A stretch of DNA of 64,000 nt from Prorocentrum cordatum (lineage: Eukaryota), in assembly GCA_963575745.1 (NCBI GenBank), contig CAUYUJ010000225.1, positions 744,001 to 808,000 of the forward strand, read 5' to 3'. Under the pieces are notes generated by a model. It saw only the letters and a list, made by a program, of their open reading frames with translations, did not search any database and was not told where the DNA came from. Of the stretch, positions 63,781 to 64,000 are shown piece by piece (within the stretch, counting starts at the first letter, position 1; the number at the start of each line of letters is the position of its first letter). A program made the translations under genes and the position numbers.

Positions 63781-64000
63781 CTGGGGCGCGGGCGCCGCCG
63801 CGCAGCCACGCCGTGGCCGAGGCAGCAGCAGGAGGAGACGGAGGAGGAGGAAGAGGAGGAGGAGGAGAAGGAGGAGGAGGAGGAGGAGGAGGAGGAGGAG
63901 GCGTACGCTACAGGCTGGTGCCTTGCAGCTTGCCCAAGAAAAAAAAGAAGGAGGAGACGGAGGAGGAAACGGAGGAGGAGGAGGAGGAAAAGGAGGAGGA

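Overview
GC-rich, repeat-dense eukaryotic DNA, almost certainly dinoflagellate: it contains an exact DinoSL spliced leader, GC/GA splice donors and TTTAGGG-like repeats. Most of the window appears to be intronic sequence of one minus-strand gene. Five short exons (25962-26084, 24073-24151, 21597-21653, 15354-15448, 5717-5829) join in frame into a RING-H2 finger plus the start of a Deltex C-terminal domain, and further tentative exons lie upstream. The standout feature is a full-length 7.9-kb non-LTR retrotransposon (29432-37350, + strand) with a zinc-finger/coiled-coil ORF1 and a disrupted APE-RT-CCHC-RNase H ORF2. It begins exactly with the complete 22-nt spliced leader, inside a perfect 17-bp target-site duplication, and has no poly(A) tail. 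This suggests a LINE whose RNA is SL trans-spliced. The window also holds a decayed DIRS-like RT/RNase H, several MITE/SINE-like families, minisatellites and multi-kb trinucleotide arrays. Several inserts, some telomere-like, sit between 26-41-bp direct duplications. The long low-complexity ORFs in the track are repeat artefacts. All calls are from reading the sequence by eye; no searches were run.
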